The notes below the pieces were generated by a model. That model saw nothing but the letters and a program-made list of their open reading frames with translations, did not search any database and was not told the DNA's origin. A stretch of 55,278 nt of DNA, counting the filler, from Squatina squatina (taxonomy: Eukaryota): NCBI GenBank assembly GCA_031763465.1. It is 3 parts of 3 records of this genome, joined end to end, with 100 filler letters (N's around TTAATTAATTAA, not from the genome) between each part and the next. Parts side by side here need not be neighbours in the genome. Positions count along the whole stretch, not along the records: positions 1 to 18,688 come from JARFOE010000120.1; positions 18,789 to 40,078 come from JARFOE010000222.1; 1 more part is not named here. The stretch is one strand, 5' to 3'. The position numbers and the translations under genes are program-made. Positions 11,401-21,652 of this stretch are shown piece after piece; position 1 is the stretch's first letter; every line of letters begins with the position of its first letter.

Positions 11401-11745
11401 TGTTCACAGTAATGGCTAAGATTTTACTCACTGGTCTCGCAGTTGGCTCCGAAGTATCCATGCCGACAGCGGCATTCGTTGGGTCTGACACAGATTTCAT
11501 TTGCTTTGCAGGTGAAGTTTCCCTGACAGAGAGCTAGAGAGAGGGAGTGAGAAGCATAGGAGGGGGTCAGGCTGGCACAGGTCACATGGAATTATTAGCA
11601 ATCAGAGTAAAGTTGACCAGTATTTGATAGGTTACTGACCTATTCGACATTCATTGTCTTGCTGTTTCCACCCAGGACAACACACAACTCCAGGAGAGCT
11701 TTGAATGGAGAGGAGAGAGAGAAAAATTCTTATCACTATACAGAA

Positions 11746-11774
11746 ATGTGTATGTGTGTGTGTGTGTGTGTGTG
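11746..11774. repeat. (TG)n microsatellite
   Basis: Direct reading. Confidence 0.9.
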
Positions 11775-13314
11775 CATGCAAGAACTGATTTTTTTTTAAC
11801 TTTCCGGTTAAAGCCCTGATCCAACAAAACTAACAATTCTTTCATTGCTAATAAAACAGGGCCAACATTAAAATTCTTCCCCCATCCGTTGCTTTACCAG
11901 CTCTCCACCAGCTTACAGACCACACCCCAGTCCCCGTGGTTTCCAGTCATTGCAACAATAATTGGATTCTGTCTGAGATACAATGTTGAGATTCAGACTC
12001 AGTTTATCCCAGGGCGGGGGCTTCAGAGCAGGACAGACCCGGCTCCTGATCCCATTCCCTGCTCTGACCCTGGGATCATTTTACAACTGGAATTTGACGC
12101 CTTGCCTGGCTAAGGGGAAAATTAAAAAACAGCACAAACACTCAGAAGAGACAAAAACTATTTGACCTGGTCTCCAGATGTGGGTCAGGGTTTCGTGTGA
12201 GTCCTGATCTGGGGAGTGGGCAGACAAACTTTAATAATAACCAACCGTTAAATAATTTAACCAAATTGCTCAGAAAATATTTGCAGTTATGGAGCTGGCG
12301 AGGCGATCCAGGTAAGGTGCCCCTGANNNNNNNNNNNNNNNNNNNNNNNNNNNNNNNNNNNNNNNNNNNNNNNNNNNNNNNNNNNNNNNNNNNNNNNNNN
12401 NNNNNNNNNNNNNNNNNNNNNNNNNNNNNNNNNNNNNNNNNNNNNNNNNNNNNNNNNNNNNNNNNNNNNNNNNNNNNNNNNNNNNNNNNNNNNNNNNNNN
12501 NNNNNNNNNNNNNNNNNNNNNNNNNNNNNNNNNNNNNNNNNNNNNNNNNNNNNNNNNNNNNNNNNNNNNNNNNNNNNNNNNNNNNNNNNNNNNNNNNNNN
12601 NNNNNNNNNNNNNNNNNNNNNNNNNNNNNNNNNNNNNNNNNNNNNNNNNNNNNNNNNNNNNNNNNNNNNNNNNNNNNNNNNNNNNNNNNNNNNNNNNNNN
12701 NNNNNNNNNNNNNNNNNNNNNNNNNNNNNNNNNNNNNNNNNNNNNNNNNNNNNNNNNNNNNNNNNNNNNNNNNNNNNNNNNNNNNNNNNNNNNNNNNNNN
12801 NNNNNNNNNNNNNNNNNNNNNNNNNNNNNNNNNNNNNNNNNNNNNNNNNNNNNNNNNNNNNNNNNNNNNNNNNNNNNNNNNNNNNNNNNNNNNNNNNNNN
12901 NNNNNNNNNNNNNNNNNNNNNNNNNNNNNNNNNNNNNNNNNNNNNNNNNNNNNNNNNNNNNNNNNNNNNNNNNNNNNNNNNNNNNNNNNNNNNNNNNNNN
13001 NNNNNNNNNNNNNNNNNNNNNNNNNNNNNNNNNNNNNNNNNNNNNNNNNNNNNNNNNNNNNNNNNNNNNNNNNNNNNNNNNNNNNNNNNNNNNNNNNNNN
13101 NNNNNNNNNNNNNNNNNNNNNNNNNNNNNNNNNNNNNNNNNNNNNNNNNNNNNNNNNNNNNNNNNNNNNNNNNNNNNNNNNNNNNNNNNNNNNNNNNNNN
13201 NNNNNNTCCCCAGTGGGCGCTATGGGATACTCGGGGTGGGGGTCTCAGGATCCCCCCCTCCCTACCCACCTCACCCGCTCCTCTCCCAATTATTCCCAAT
13301 TCCCAACTTCTTAC

Positions 13315-13424
13315 CCCTGTGTCCTGCACACATTCCTGCCGCTAGGACTGAGCTCCTGGCCCCGGCTCAAAGCCGCCAGAGCGAGCAGAGCAGCCCAGAG
13401 GCAGCAGCCCGTGCTCGGATCCAT
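13315..13424 (-). CDS. SCARF2: SCARF2 first coding exon (signal peptide and mature N-terminus)
   Basis: acaATGG Kozak context; encodes MDPSTGCCLWAALLALAALSRG-QELSPSGRNVCRTQG, then a phase-2 donor GG|gtaag. QELSPSGRNVCR matches recalled human QELNPRGRNVCR. Not in the ORF track. Confidence 0.9.
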
Positions 13425-14037
13425 TGTACAGACAGCCCGGCTCAGCATCCCTCAGAGAAAGTCAAGCCATCAAATCCAGCGAGCGCGTCCCGGGGGGCAG
13501 CCCCGTGTCATCCCGAGATAAAGGTGCAGAGTGTCCCGATCCAGGAGCTTCAGGCTGGGAGCATCCTTTGAACTTTAATCCCAGGGAAGGCAGATCCAAA
13601 AATTCCAACAAGTGAACGAATAAGAGAGAGGGGAGTCGTGCTTTTTCAGAACGCCGTCTCTTGCTCTCCGATTACTTCTCCATTCTTGGAATTTCCCCTT
13701 TGGTTAAAAACTTCAATCCACTTATGACTGCGATTTTTTTGTTGTTGTGGTGGTTTAAATTATTCCACTGCCGTCAGATCCCCAGGGCTCCCAGTAACCC
13801 TGCTCCGAGGTCGCTCCTTCATTGCCTCGCAAGTAAATGAATTTCACACACTCCCGGAGTTGGATGAAGTTGTCCACTTTGCGTCCTGGACTGGGAGCTT
13901 GGCACCGAAACAGCAGTCGGGAAGGCAGCTGTCCTGCCACTGGGACTTCCAGCAGGCGGAGCCCAAGGAAGGCAAATTCCTGATTCGTTGCCGTATTTCT
14001 TGCTCAGGGTTTGAGAATTTAAAGAGAGGCTGCGTGT
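13425..14037 (-). promoter_or_regulatory. Probable SCARF2 5'UTR and proximal promoter
   Basis: GC- and CpG-enriched relative to the flanks, immediately upstream of the ATG; GC-box-like GGCGGAG near 13956. The TSS cannot be located. Confidence 0.5.
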
Positions 14038-14137
14038 NNNNNNNNNNNNNNNNNNNNNNNNNNNNNNNNNNNNNNNNNNNNNNNNNNNNNNNNNNNNNNN
14101 NNNNNNNNNNNNNNNNNNNNNNNNNNNNNNNNNNNNN

Positions 14138-14326
14138 CACGTCCATCTCGGCATCGTGGATGCTCCACAATGAATCCATCCGCAACTCTAGCACCGCAAT
14201 GTGGTCTGTCAGTAGCTGCAGCTGGATACATTTCCTGCACACGTGGTCACCAGGGACACTGGAAGTGTCCCTGATTCCCCACATAGCGCAGGAGGAGCAT
14301 GCCACGGGTCCGAGCTGACCCGTCAT
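14138..14326 (-). mobile_element. CR1 LINE ORF1 zinc-finger/coiled-coil fragment
   Basis: VACSSCAMW...HVCRKCIQLQLLTDHIAVLELRMDSL: CxxCxMW..CxxC followed by heptads is characteristic of the CR1 ORF1 N-terminus. Confidence 0.8.
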
Positions 14327-14487
14327 GACTTACCCTTTAAAGATAAAATCCGGACTAACAATAATAAAGAAAATCATGAGGAATATAGACAATGTAGTTC
14401 AGAGGTGAAGTAGGAGATTAAAAGAGCTAAAAGGAATATAAAACAAGGCTGGCATGTCATAAAAAGAAATAGCAGAAGAATTTTATA

Positions 14488-14890
14488 AAGAAAAGAACTT
14501 GCATTTAAATAGCACCTGTCACGACGTCCCAAAGCAGTTTAATGAATTAAATGCTTTTGAAGTGCAGTTACTGTTGTAATGCAGGGAAACAGGTCAACCA
14601 ATTTGAGCACAGCAGGATCCCACAAATAGCAATATGATAAATGACCAAAGAATCTGTTTGGTGATGTTGGTTGAGGGATAAATATTGGCCGGGATACTGG
14701 AGAGAACTCCCCTGCTCCTCTTCTAATAGTGCTTGGGATCTTTTACATCCAGTTAAGGCGGCAATTTAACATCTCATCCTCCGACAGCACAGCACAGCAC
14801 TCCCTCAGTAATGCTCTGGAGTGCCAGCTCAAGTTCTGTGCTCCAGTCTCTGGAGTGGGGATCGAACCTGCGACCTCCTGACCCGGAGGT
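14488..14890 (-). mobile_element. tRNA-derived SINE, SacSINE1/DeuSINE-like, near full length
   Basis: B-box GGTTCGATCCC on the minus strand (14868-14858); body shared with 18186-18550; tail AACTTGCATTTAAATAGCACC shared with the L2 3' end at 15575. Confidence 0.8.
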
Positions 14891-15568
14891 GTCCAGAAAC
14901 GAGCAGGACGAATGCCACGTTGGAGCCAGTGCCTTCAGGGGAGAGACTTGGTTGAAGAAAACAGTTCTTGCATGCCTGTCAGACAGTAACTAAAGATGGG
15001 AGAGTGGGGCTACACTAGAGGGCACAACTATTACTGAGTTATATAGCTCACAGTTTGAGATAGAGTTTCCCATTAATTTTAATCATCTGGCTCCTCAAAT
15101 AAGGACTGGATGACCTTCAAATGAAGTTGTTACCTGGCAACAGAGGCCTTGAGGGGATAATGTGCTATTTATTCAGTTTCAGTCTTTGAGAGAGTTCTGT
15201 GTTTTGGAAAAGAACTGGCACAGCCTGAGCCTGCTATAAAAATTACAAGACTGGTATCAGACCTTCAAACGGACTTTGTAAATGTTGCGGCAATTCTAAA
15301 TGCGCAGCAGGCAACCACTTCCAAACCATTTAATCCTCAGTAGTTTAAAACCAGTACGTAAGTGCACATGGTGTCCACATGTCCAGCATCTGTAAAATTC
15401 ATTTTCTCACCAGTTTTTAGTCTCTGCTTATTATAAAGTAGATTCGTAGAAGCAAATAGAACAATCTGGAATAATGACCGCATGCAAAAGCTGCTGTTTA
15501 TTCTGTTAGTTTAGATCACAGGCTTAGTGTGATTTTCCAAAGAATATTGTGGGCCTGCCAGCAATCTT

Positions 15569-16100
15569 ACAACAACAACTTGCATTTATAGAGCACCTTT
15601 AAAATAGTAAAATGTCCCAAGGTGCTTCACAGGAATGTTATCGAACAAAATTTGACACCGAGCAACAGAGGAGATATTCGGACAGATGACCAAAAGGTTG
15701 GTCAAAGATGTAGGTTTTAAGAAGCGTCTTAAAGGAAGAGACTGAGATAGAGAGGCGGAGAGGTTTAGGGAGGGAATTCCAGAGCTAAGGGCCCAGGCAG
15801 CTGAAGGCACAGCCGCCAATGGTGGAGCAATTAAAATTGCGGGTGCGCACAAGACCAGAATTGGAAGAGCACAGGGATCTCGGATGGTTGTAGGATTGGA
15901 GGAGGTTACAGGGATAGGGAGGTGCAAGATCATGGAGGGATTTGAAAACAAGGATGAGAATTTTAAAATCCACCGGACTGGAAGCCAATGTAGGTCAGCG
16001 AGCACTGGAGTTCTGGGTGAATGGGTCTTGGAGCGAGTTAGGACATGGGCAGCAGTGTTTTGGATGAGTTCAAGTTTATGGAGGGTGGAAGATATGAGGC
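15569..16100 (-). mobile_element. L2-clade LINE 3' end (RT C-terminus, 3'UTR and (TTG)n tail)
   Basis: LADLHWLPV / DFKILILVFKSLHDLAPPY in shifted frames is the typical L2 ORF2 C-terminus; ends in (CAA)n on the plus strand. Confidence 0.88.
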
Positions 16101-17297
16101 NNNNNNNNNNNNNNNNNNNNNNNNNNNNNNNNNNNNNNNNNNNNNNNNNNNNNNNNNNNNNNNNNNNNNNNNNNNNNNNNNNNNNNNNNNNNNNNNNNNN
16201 CAGGGGCAGCTGCTTGTTTTATGCTCCAGCTCTCTCTGATTTAGAGCTCGTGTTTGATTGCTTATAATGTCCCACTTCAGTCCAAGCAGCCTCCTTCCAG
16301 CATAGACTTGACATTGAGGGGCTGATGCTGGTGGTGACTGTGTGTAATGGGCCTAATGCATATTGTGACACATCACACATAGTGGGAACTGCTGTTCCAG
16401 TTAATTGACCGGTTTAGATGCTGAGTGTAATGAGCTGTGTTCCAGATTGCTGGCTGCGCAAGAGTTTTTATTCTTAGATCCTTGAGTGCTTGCAGTTTGG
16501 AGCACGCAGAAGCTTTTTTAGCATCAGGCTGCTGATCATTGGAAGATTTAGGGGCGGATTGGCTGCGTTAAGTGCTTGTGCAGCTGGTAGTTGTCGGGAG
16601 ACTCGGTTGGCACAGTGTCAGGTGTAGTAATGGGGCTGATAGATAATGTGATGGTACCATTAAAGCCTTCTGATCTTTATTGCAGCTTGTTAATCGGTGA
16701 GTAAACACACTTAGCTGTCACTTCTGGTACGGTTTTCAGTATTTACCTTTCATCCACAATAGATTTTGTTTTCAAATGTGCTGTTTCTGTTTGCAGAGTC
16801 ATGCTGATTCTAGGAAATATGACGCCATGCTTTCTGGCTTCACAAACCATTGTTTCATTGGCCCTGAATTTGCAGTAGGCGACATAGTTGAGTAGTATGC
16901 CACCCACATCCAAATGAAATCCGCAATTAACCTTGTGCAAACTCTCCTTCAAAAAGTTGCATTCAAACGCTGCAGAGCTCTGCACAGCATAGTGGCCCAC
17001 AGATCTCAGGGGCATATGAACACCTGGGATCACGTGGGGCAGTGCTGTTTTGACTTCCTGACTCTTAGCCAATCAGAAAACAAAGGAAATTGCTAAAACC
17101 GATTGTGAATATATGCCAATGGAATCATGGAACATAGGTGCAGAAGTAGGCCATTCTACAAGACTGAGGTCGTCTTCTGGCATATATTTACAATCTNNNN
17201 NNNNNNNNNNNNNNNNNNNNNNNNNNNNNNNNNNNNNNNNNNNNNNNNNNNNNNNNNNNNNNNNNNNNNNNNNNNNNNNNNNNNNNNNNNNNNNNNG

Positions 17298-17375
17298 CCA
17301 CTTTTCCTGCAGTTCACAGAGGAGGAGGAGCTGCAGATGAAAAGGATGCTGCAGAGAATGGACATCCTGGCAAAG
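17298..17375 (+). CDS. PRODH: Proline dehydrogenase 1, internal exon (5' part lost in the gap)
   Basis: PLFLQFTEEEELQMKRMLQRMDILAK|gtagg versus recalled human PLLSRFTEEEELQMTRMLQRMDVLAK; phase-0 donor. Confidence 0.92.
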
Positions 17376-17743
17376 GTAGGAGAGGCACTGGGAGCGCCAG
17401 CAGAAACTCAGTGATTGAAAGTGTTTTACGGTGGGGCAAGGGTGCTCGCAGCTCATCTCAACGGCAATGCCCTCGATTCCCAGACACTGCTGTGCTTTTC
17501 CTGCACAGAAATCTTCTTTCCTATCCAAAGCTTTGAACCCTTTCGTACGTGTTAAGTCAGCAAACCAGTTGCCACTATTTGTATGAATTTAGTTGCCAGT
17601 TTCAAGATGAAGCAGCGAAAGACATGACTGCACTGTGACGCCGGTAATGTTTGTGCTTTTCTTTTGCCGAGGGGAGCGTGGAGATGTCGCACCCCTGGTG
17701 GTTTGGAACTAAAACAGTAGCTTATCTTTCCCACTCTCCACAG

Positions 17744-17890
17744 AAAGCCTTGGAGAAGGGGGTCCGCCTTATGGTTGATGCCGAGCAGACCTATTTCCAA
17801 CCAGCTATCAGCAGACTGACCCTGGAGATGCAGCGGAAATTCAACATCGAGAAGCCCATCATCTTCAATACCTACCAGTGCTACCTGAAG
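17744..17890 (+). CDS. PRODH: Proline dehydrogenase 1, internal exon (147 nt)
   Basis: ctccacag|AAA...AAG|gtaaag; [49 protein letters not shown] contains the PRODH signatures VDAEQTYFQ and NTYQCYLK. Confidence 0.97.
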
Positions 17891-18185
17891 GTAAAGGCTG
17901 TATTCCCTGGGGAGGTGGGGCATCACCCTTTCTGTGCTGCTCCCGACTGTCGAGTGTGTTGTGCTTTCTGCCCATACTGAAATTTGATGGATACCAAGAA
18001 AAGGCCCAAGTTCTGTAACTGCTGCCTCCTGAACAGATCTTTCCAAGTCCGTTCTGAGGGGTTTATTCTGAGGGGACCACGCTGTCTTTGTGCAAGGATG
18101 ATCACACGGAGTATAATACAAAGTACCTGAGGGCTGACCGTGCCAATGGAGCTGTTGCTCAGCACATGGCAGCATCTTTAGGAGA

Positions 18186-18550
18186 GAAGAAAGACTTGCA
18201 TTTATATAGCAGCGGTCATGACTTTTGAAGTGTAGTCACTGTTGTAGTGTCGGAAGTGCGGCAGCTAATTTGTGCACAGCAAGCTCCCGCAAACAGCAAG
18301 AAATATTGGTCCGGACACCGCGGTGAACTCTCCCCCGCCACTCACTCTTAGAAATAGTACTGTGGGATCTTTCACGTTTACCCGAGAGGACAGACTGAGC
18401 CTCGGTTTAACATATCATCCAAAAGACAGTGCAGACTCCCTCAGTACTGCTCAGAAGCATCAGCCTAGATTATATGCTCCAAGTCCTGGAGTGGGATTGG
18501 AACCTGCAACCCTCTGGTTCCAAGTCGAGTGTGTTACCAACTGCGCCACA
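18186..18550 (-). mobile_element. tRNA-derived SINE, second copy
   Basis: Same tail (GACTTGCATTTATATAGC), body (TTTTGAAGTGTAGTCACTGTTG, GGGATCTTTCAC, CTCCCTCAGTACTG) and head as 14488-14890. Confidence 0.8.
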
Positions 18551-18688
18551 GGGAGATAAAAATACACAAGACCGAGGTTAGAGCATTCCAGAGGAGTGTG
18601 TTGAAAATCCATGGGCAGAGTAACTTATGGGGGCAACTTGAGCCTTGCATGTGTGCCAATGTCTGCAATGCTCATGTTTAATTAAGCC

Positions 18689-18788
18689 NNNNNNNNNNNN
18701 NNNNNNNNNNNNNNNNNNNNNNNNNNNNNNNNTTAATTAATTAANNNNNNNNNNNNNNNNNNNNNNNNNNNNNNNNNNNNNNNNNNNN
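18689..18788. other. Artificial scaffold linker N44-TTAATTAATTAA-N44
   Basis: Palindromic 12-mer with stop codons in all six frames, centred in exactly 100 nt; identical copy at 40079-40178. Confidence 0.95.
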
Positions 18789-18964
18789 TAGACATATATA
18801 TATAATTTTTTTTTTATAAAAAAGACGTTTTTAAATTATTCTTTCCTTCCACCAAGGGCAGAGATTCATACAGGATAGAGTTCCACCGGCAGCTATCAAG
18901 TCCTCCTTTCCCTCCTCCCCAAATAACTGCATAACACATTCTGTCCTTTGGACTCTTTACAAAC

Positions 18965-19112
18965 CTGGATCCGCAGCAGTAGCCTCCTGTTAGCCTGTTC
19001 CAGTTTCTTTTGCCTGTTTTCTAATTCTCGGACACGGTGCTGCTCTTTTTGGAGCCACTTGATGTATTCCACAGATGCTTTCAAAATGGTACCTTTGTTC
19101 CAGCGCACATCA
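18965..19112 (-). CDS. TFEC: TFEC helix 2/leucine-zipper exon (148 nt)
   Basis: ctgcag|T GAT...CAG|gtttgt; [60 protein letters not shown] is TFEC-diagnostic (MITF has VDYIRKLQREQ). Confidence 0.95.
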
Positions 19113-19994
19113 CTGCAGAGTAAAAGGTCATCTTTTAATAAAAGTCTGCCTCAGCAGAATTTTATCAAAAAAGGAAAAATTTAATCAAATTAATAAATTG
19201 TTGAACAATTACCTTAAAGTGAAAACAAAATGTCTTAAATGTAAAGAGGGCTATGGATTCTTGGTTAATGTTTTATAGAGCTTGTGCACCGGGGGAAGCA
19301 ATGGGATACTATCTAATTTCCTCCATTCAAGTGTTCACAGATCAATGAAAAACTTCACTAACATCTACTCTTAACCCTTAACCTCAGATGTACTCTTATC
19401 ACAGGATGAAGATCCAATAAACCCATNNNNNNNNNNNNNNNNNNNNNNNNNNNNNNNNNNNNNNNNNNNNNNNNNNNNNNNNNNNNNNNNNNNNNNNNNN
19501 NNNNNNNNNNNNNNNNNNNNNNNNNNNNNNNNNNNNNNNNNNNNNNNNNNNNNNNNNNNNNNNNNNNNNNNNNNNNNNNNNNNNNNNNNNNNNNNNNNNN
19601 NNNNNNNNNNNNNNNNNNNNNNNNNNNNNNNNNNNNNNNNNNNNNNNNNNNNNNNNNNNNNNNNNNNNNNNNNNNNNNNNNNNNNNNTTGAAAGCCCAAT
19701 AGGGTGACTGGTTACTGTAATGATGTATTTTACAGTTAATAGTTTGCAATTAAACACCAATTTTTAAAAGCAATTAAGTCCAGCAGGATCATTTGTTTAA
19801 AGCAATTACAAAGTCACACTATGCAGCACGATGTTGAGAAGAGGGAACAGGGGTTTTAAGAAAGTTCAAGTCGTTTTGGATCATTCACTGTGCAGGCTGT
19901 TGATCCAGTTTTGTGCAGAAATGCAACTAAAACCCAAGTGATAAGAGTTTGAAAACAGGATTCTTTTAAACGCATCAATATGTCTCTATACTTA

Positions 19995-20093
<99 letters not shown>

Positions 20094-20211
20094 TTAGTTG
20101 CATAATGTGATTACATTGTACATACTTTATTCAGGTACAATTATACCTAAATATAGCCCAAGGCAGAACCAACACTTTCAACACAATGACATTGAATGAG
20201 ACCACACTTAC

Positions 20212-20268
20212 TCAAGTTGTGATTATCTTTCTTTTGCCTTTCTTTAACAAGTGCACGTGTTTCAGCAT
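20212..20268 (-). CDS. TFEC: TFEC pre-basic exon (57 nt)
   Basis: ctgcag|AT GCT...TTG A|gtaagt; AETRALVKERQKKDNHNL, the MiT/TFE family motif. Confidence 0.93.
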   Translation of the reverse strand: MLKHVHLLKKGKRKIITT

Positions 20269-21629
20269 CTGCAGCAGTTAATGAGGACTTGGTTAGTTTC
20301 AAGCGACCATGAGATCTATTTTGAATGCAACACAATCACATGCATTGATAGTCTTATGCCTGCCATCTTAACAACCTTCAATAGTCATTTTGTAAACTCA
20401 TCTTGGTTGATGGTCTTTGCAAGCAATTACTGAGTAAGTTTCCATCCCTGAATTATTTCATTTATTCCACTAGAACATGTCCTAAATGAAATTAGTTTTT
20501 TTTTTTAAAAAGATATACACCCTCCCCCAACTCCAGATTATCTAGAGACTAGTATTGCACGGCCACAGCAACCAATTGTAATCCAGTTAACCAGCAAAAT
20601 CTACCCTCAAGTGTACAATTGTGAATTTTCATAATAAGCCAGTGTTCTAAAAATACCACAATCTGAAAGACTGCTATATTGATTTAAATATTGAAGGCGT
20701 TCACCCAGCTTCCTAAATTCATTAGGCTTTAATCAAGCATGATATTAATTAAAATATTAGACAGAGGGTCCTATTCTTGGATACTGAAAGTGGCCATAAA
20801 ATCAGCTGAAAACTCTTTCATGTTGAATTGGTGGAATGTAGGTTAAGTTTTTTGCTTTTTCTAGAACTACTTTTAGAACATGCGAAAAGGGAAAATAAAT
20901 GGATGGGATTCCCTCAGCCTGTAATTTCTGAGGAGAGTTGGTAGCAGTACACAAATTATAGAGTGCTGCTATTTTTTAAATTGAGAAACAAAGGCAAAGG
21001 TCCATTGTACAGGACACCATGGAATAATAAAAATAATAAGAAAGAGATGAAACAAACCAGTGATAAGGTGTTGCAAAGCTTTGGTTTCAAAGCCTGAAGA
21101 ATGTAAGAGGAAGGATAAACTACAGGAAGCAAAAAGATCCTTAGCTGTGGATGTGTTGAGACAAAAACTTGAGCTAGACTACAACAGCAAGTTTGATTTC
21201 AACAGCATGAGGGTGTAGGGAAGAGAAATAAAGAGTGTATGANNNNNNNNNNNNNNNNNNNNNNNNNNNNNNNNNNNNNNNNNNNNNNNNNNNNNNNNNN
21301 NNNNNNNNNNNNNNNNNNNNNNNNNNNNNNNNNNNNNNNNNNCAGAAACTGTGACACAAGTTAAATTTTTGAGACAATTGACCTATTTGTAGTATTTATT
21401 GTAAAAAATATAAGTTTGATCACTTTCAAAGTAACAAAATCTGACTAATCCATTAATATATCTATCTTTAAATGTGACAAAGATATCACCTCTAATTTCA
21501 GAAGGAAACACTGTCCTGAAATATTGAGTAATTTATCTCTTAGCGTAAGACTTTAAAATATCAATGGTAATAATTGAATCTAACTGAGGTCACACTGCTA
21601 GACTGTAATGGTATTGAGCCGTATCGTGT

Positions 21630-21652
21630 ACACACACACACACACACACACA
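21630..21652. repeat. (CA)n microsatellite
   Basis: Direct reading. Confidence 0.9.

Noticed and set aside
17311-17313. cttttcctgcag as the acceptor of the PRODH exon
   Set aside because: The upstream codons (PLFLQ) align with human PLLSR, so the exon more likely starts inside the gap.
20269-20290. MITF exon-6a-like alternative acceptor in TFEC
   Set aside because: The nearest upstream AG would add 19 nt (frameshift), not the 18 nt of MITF.
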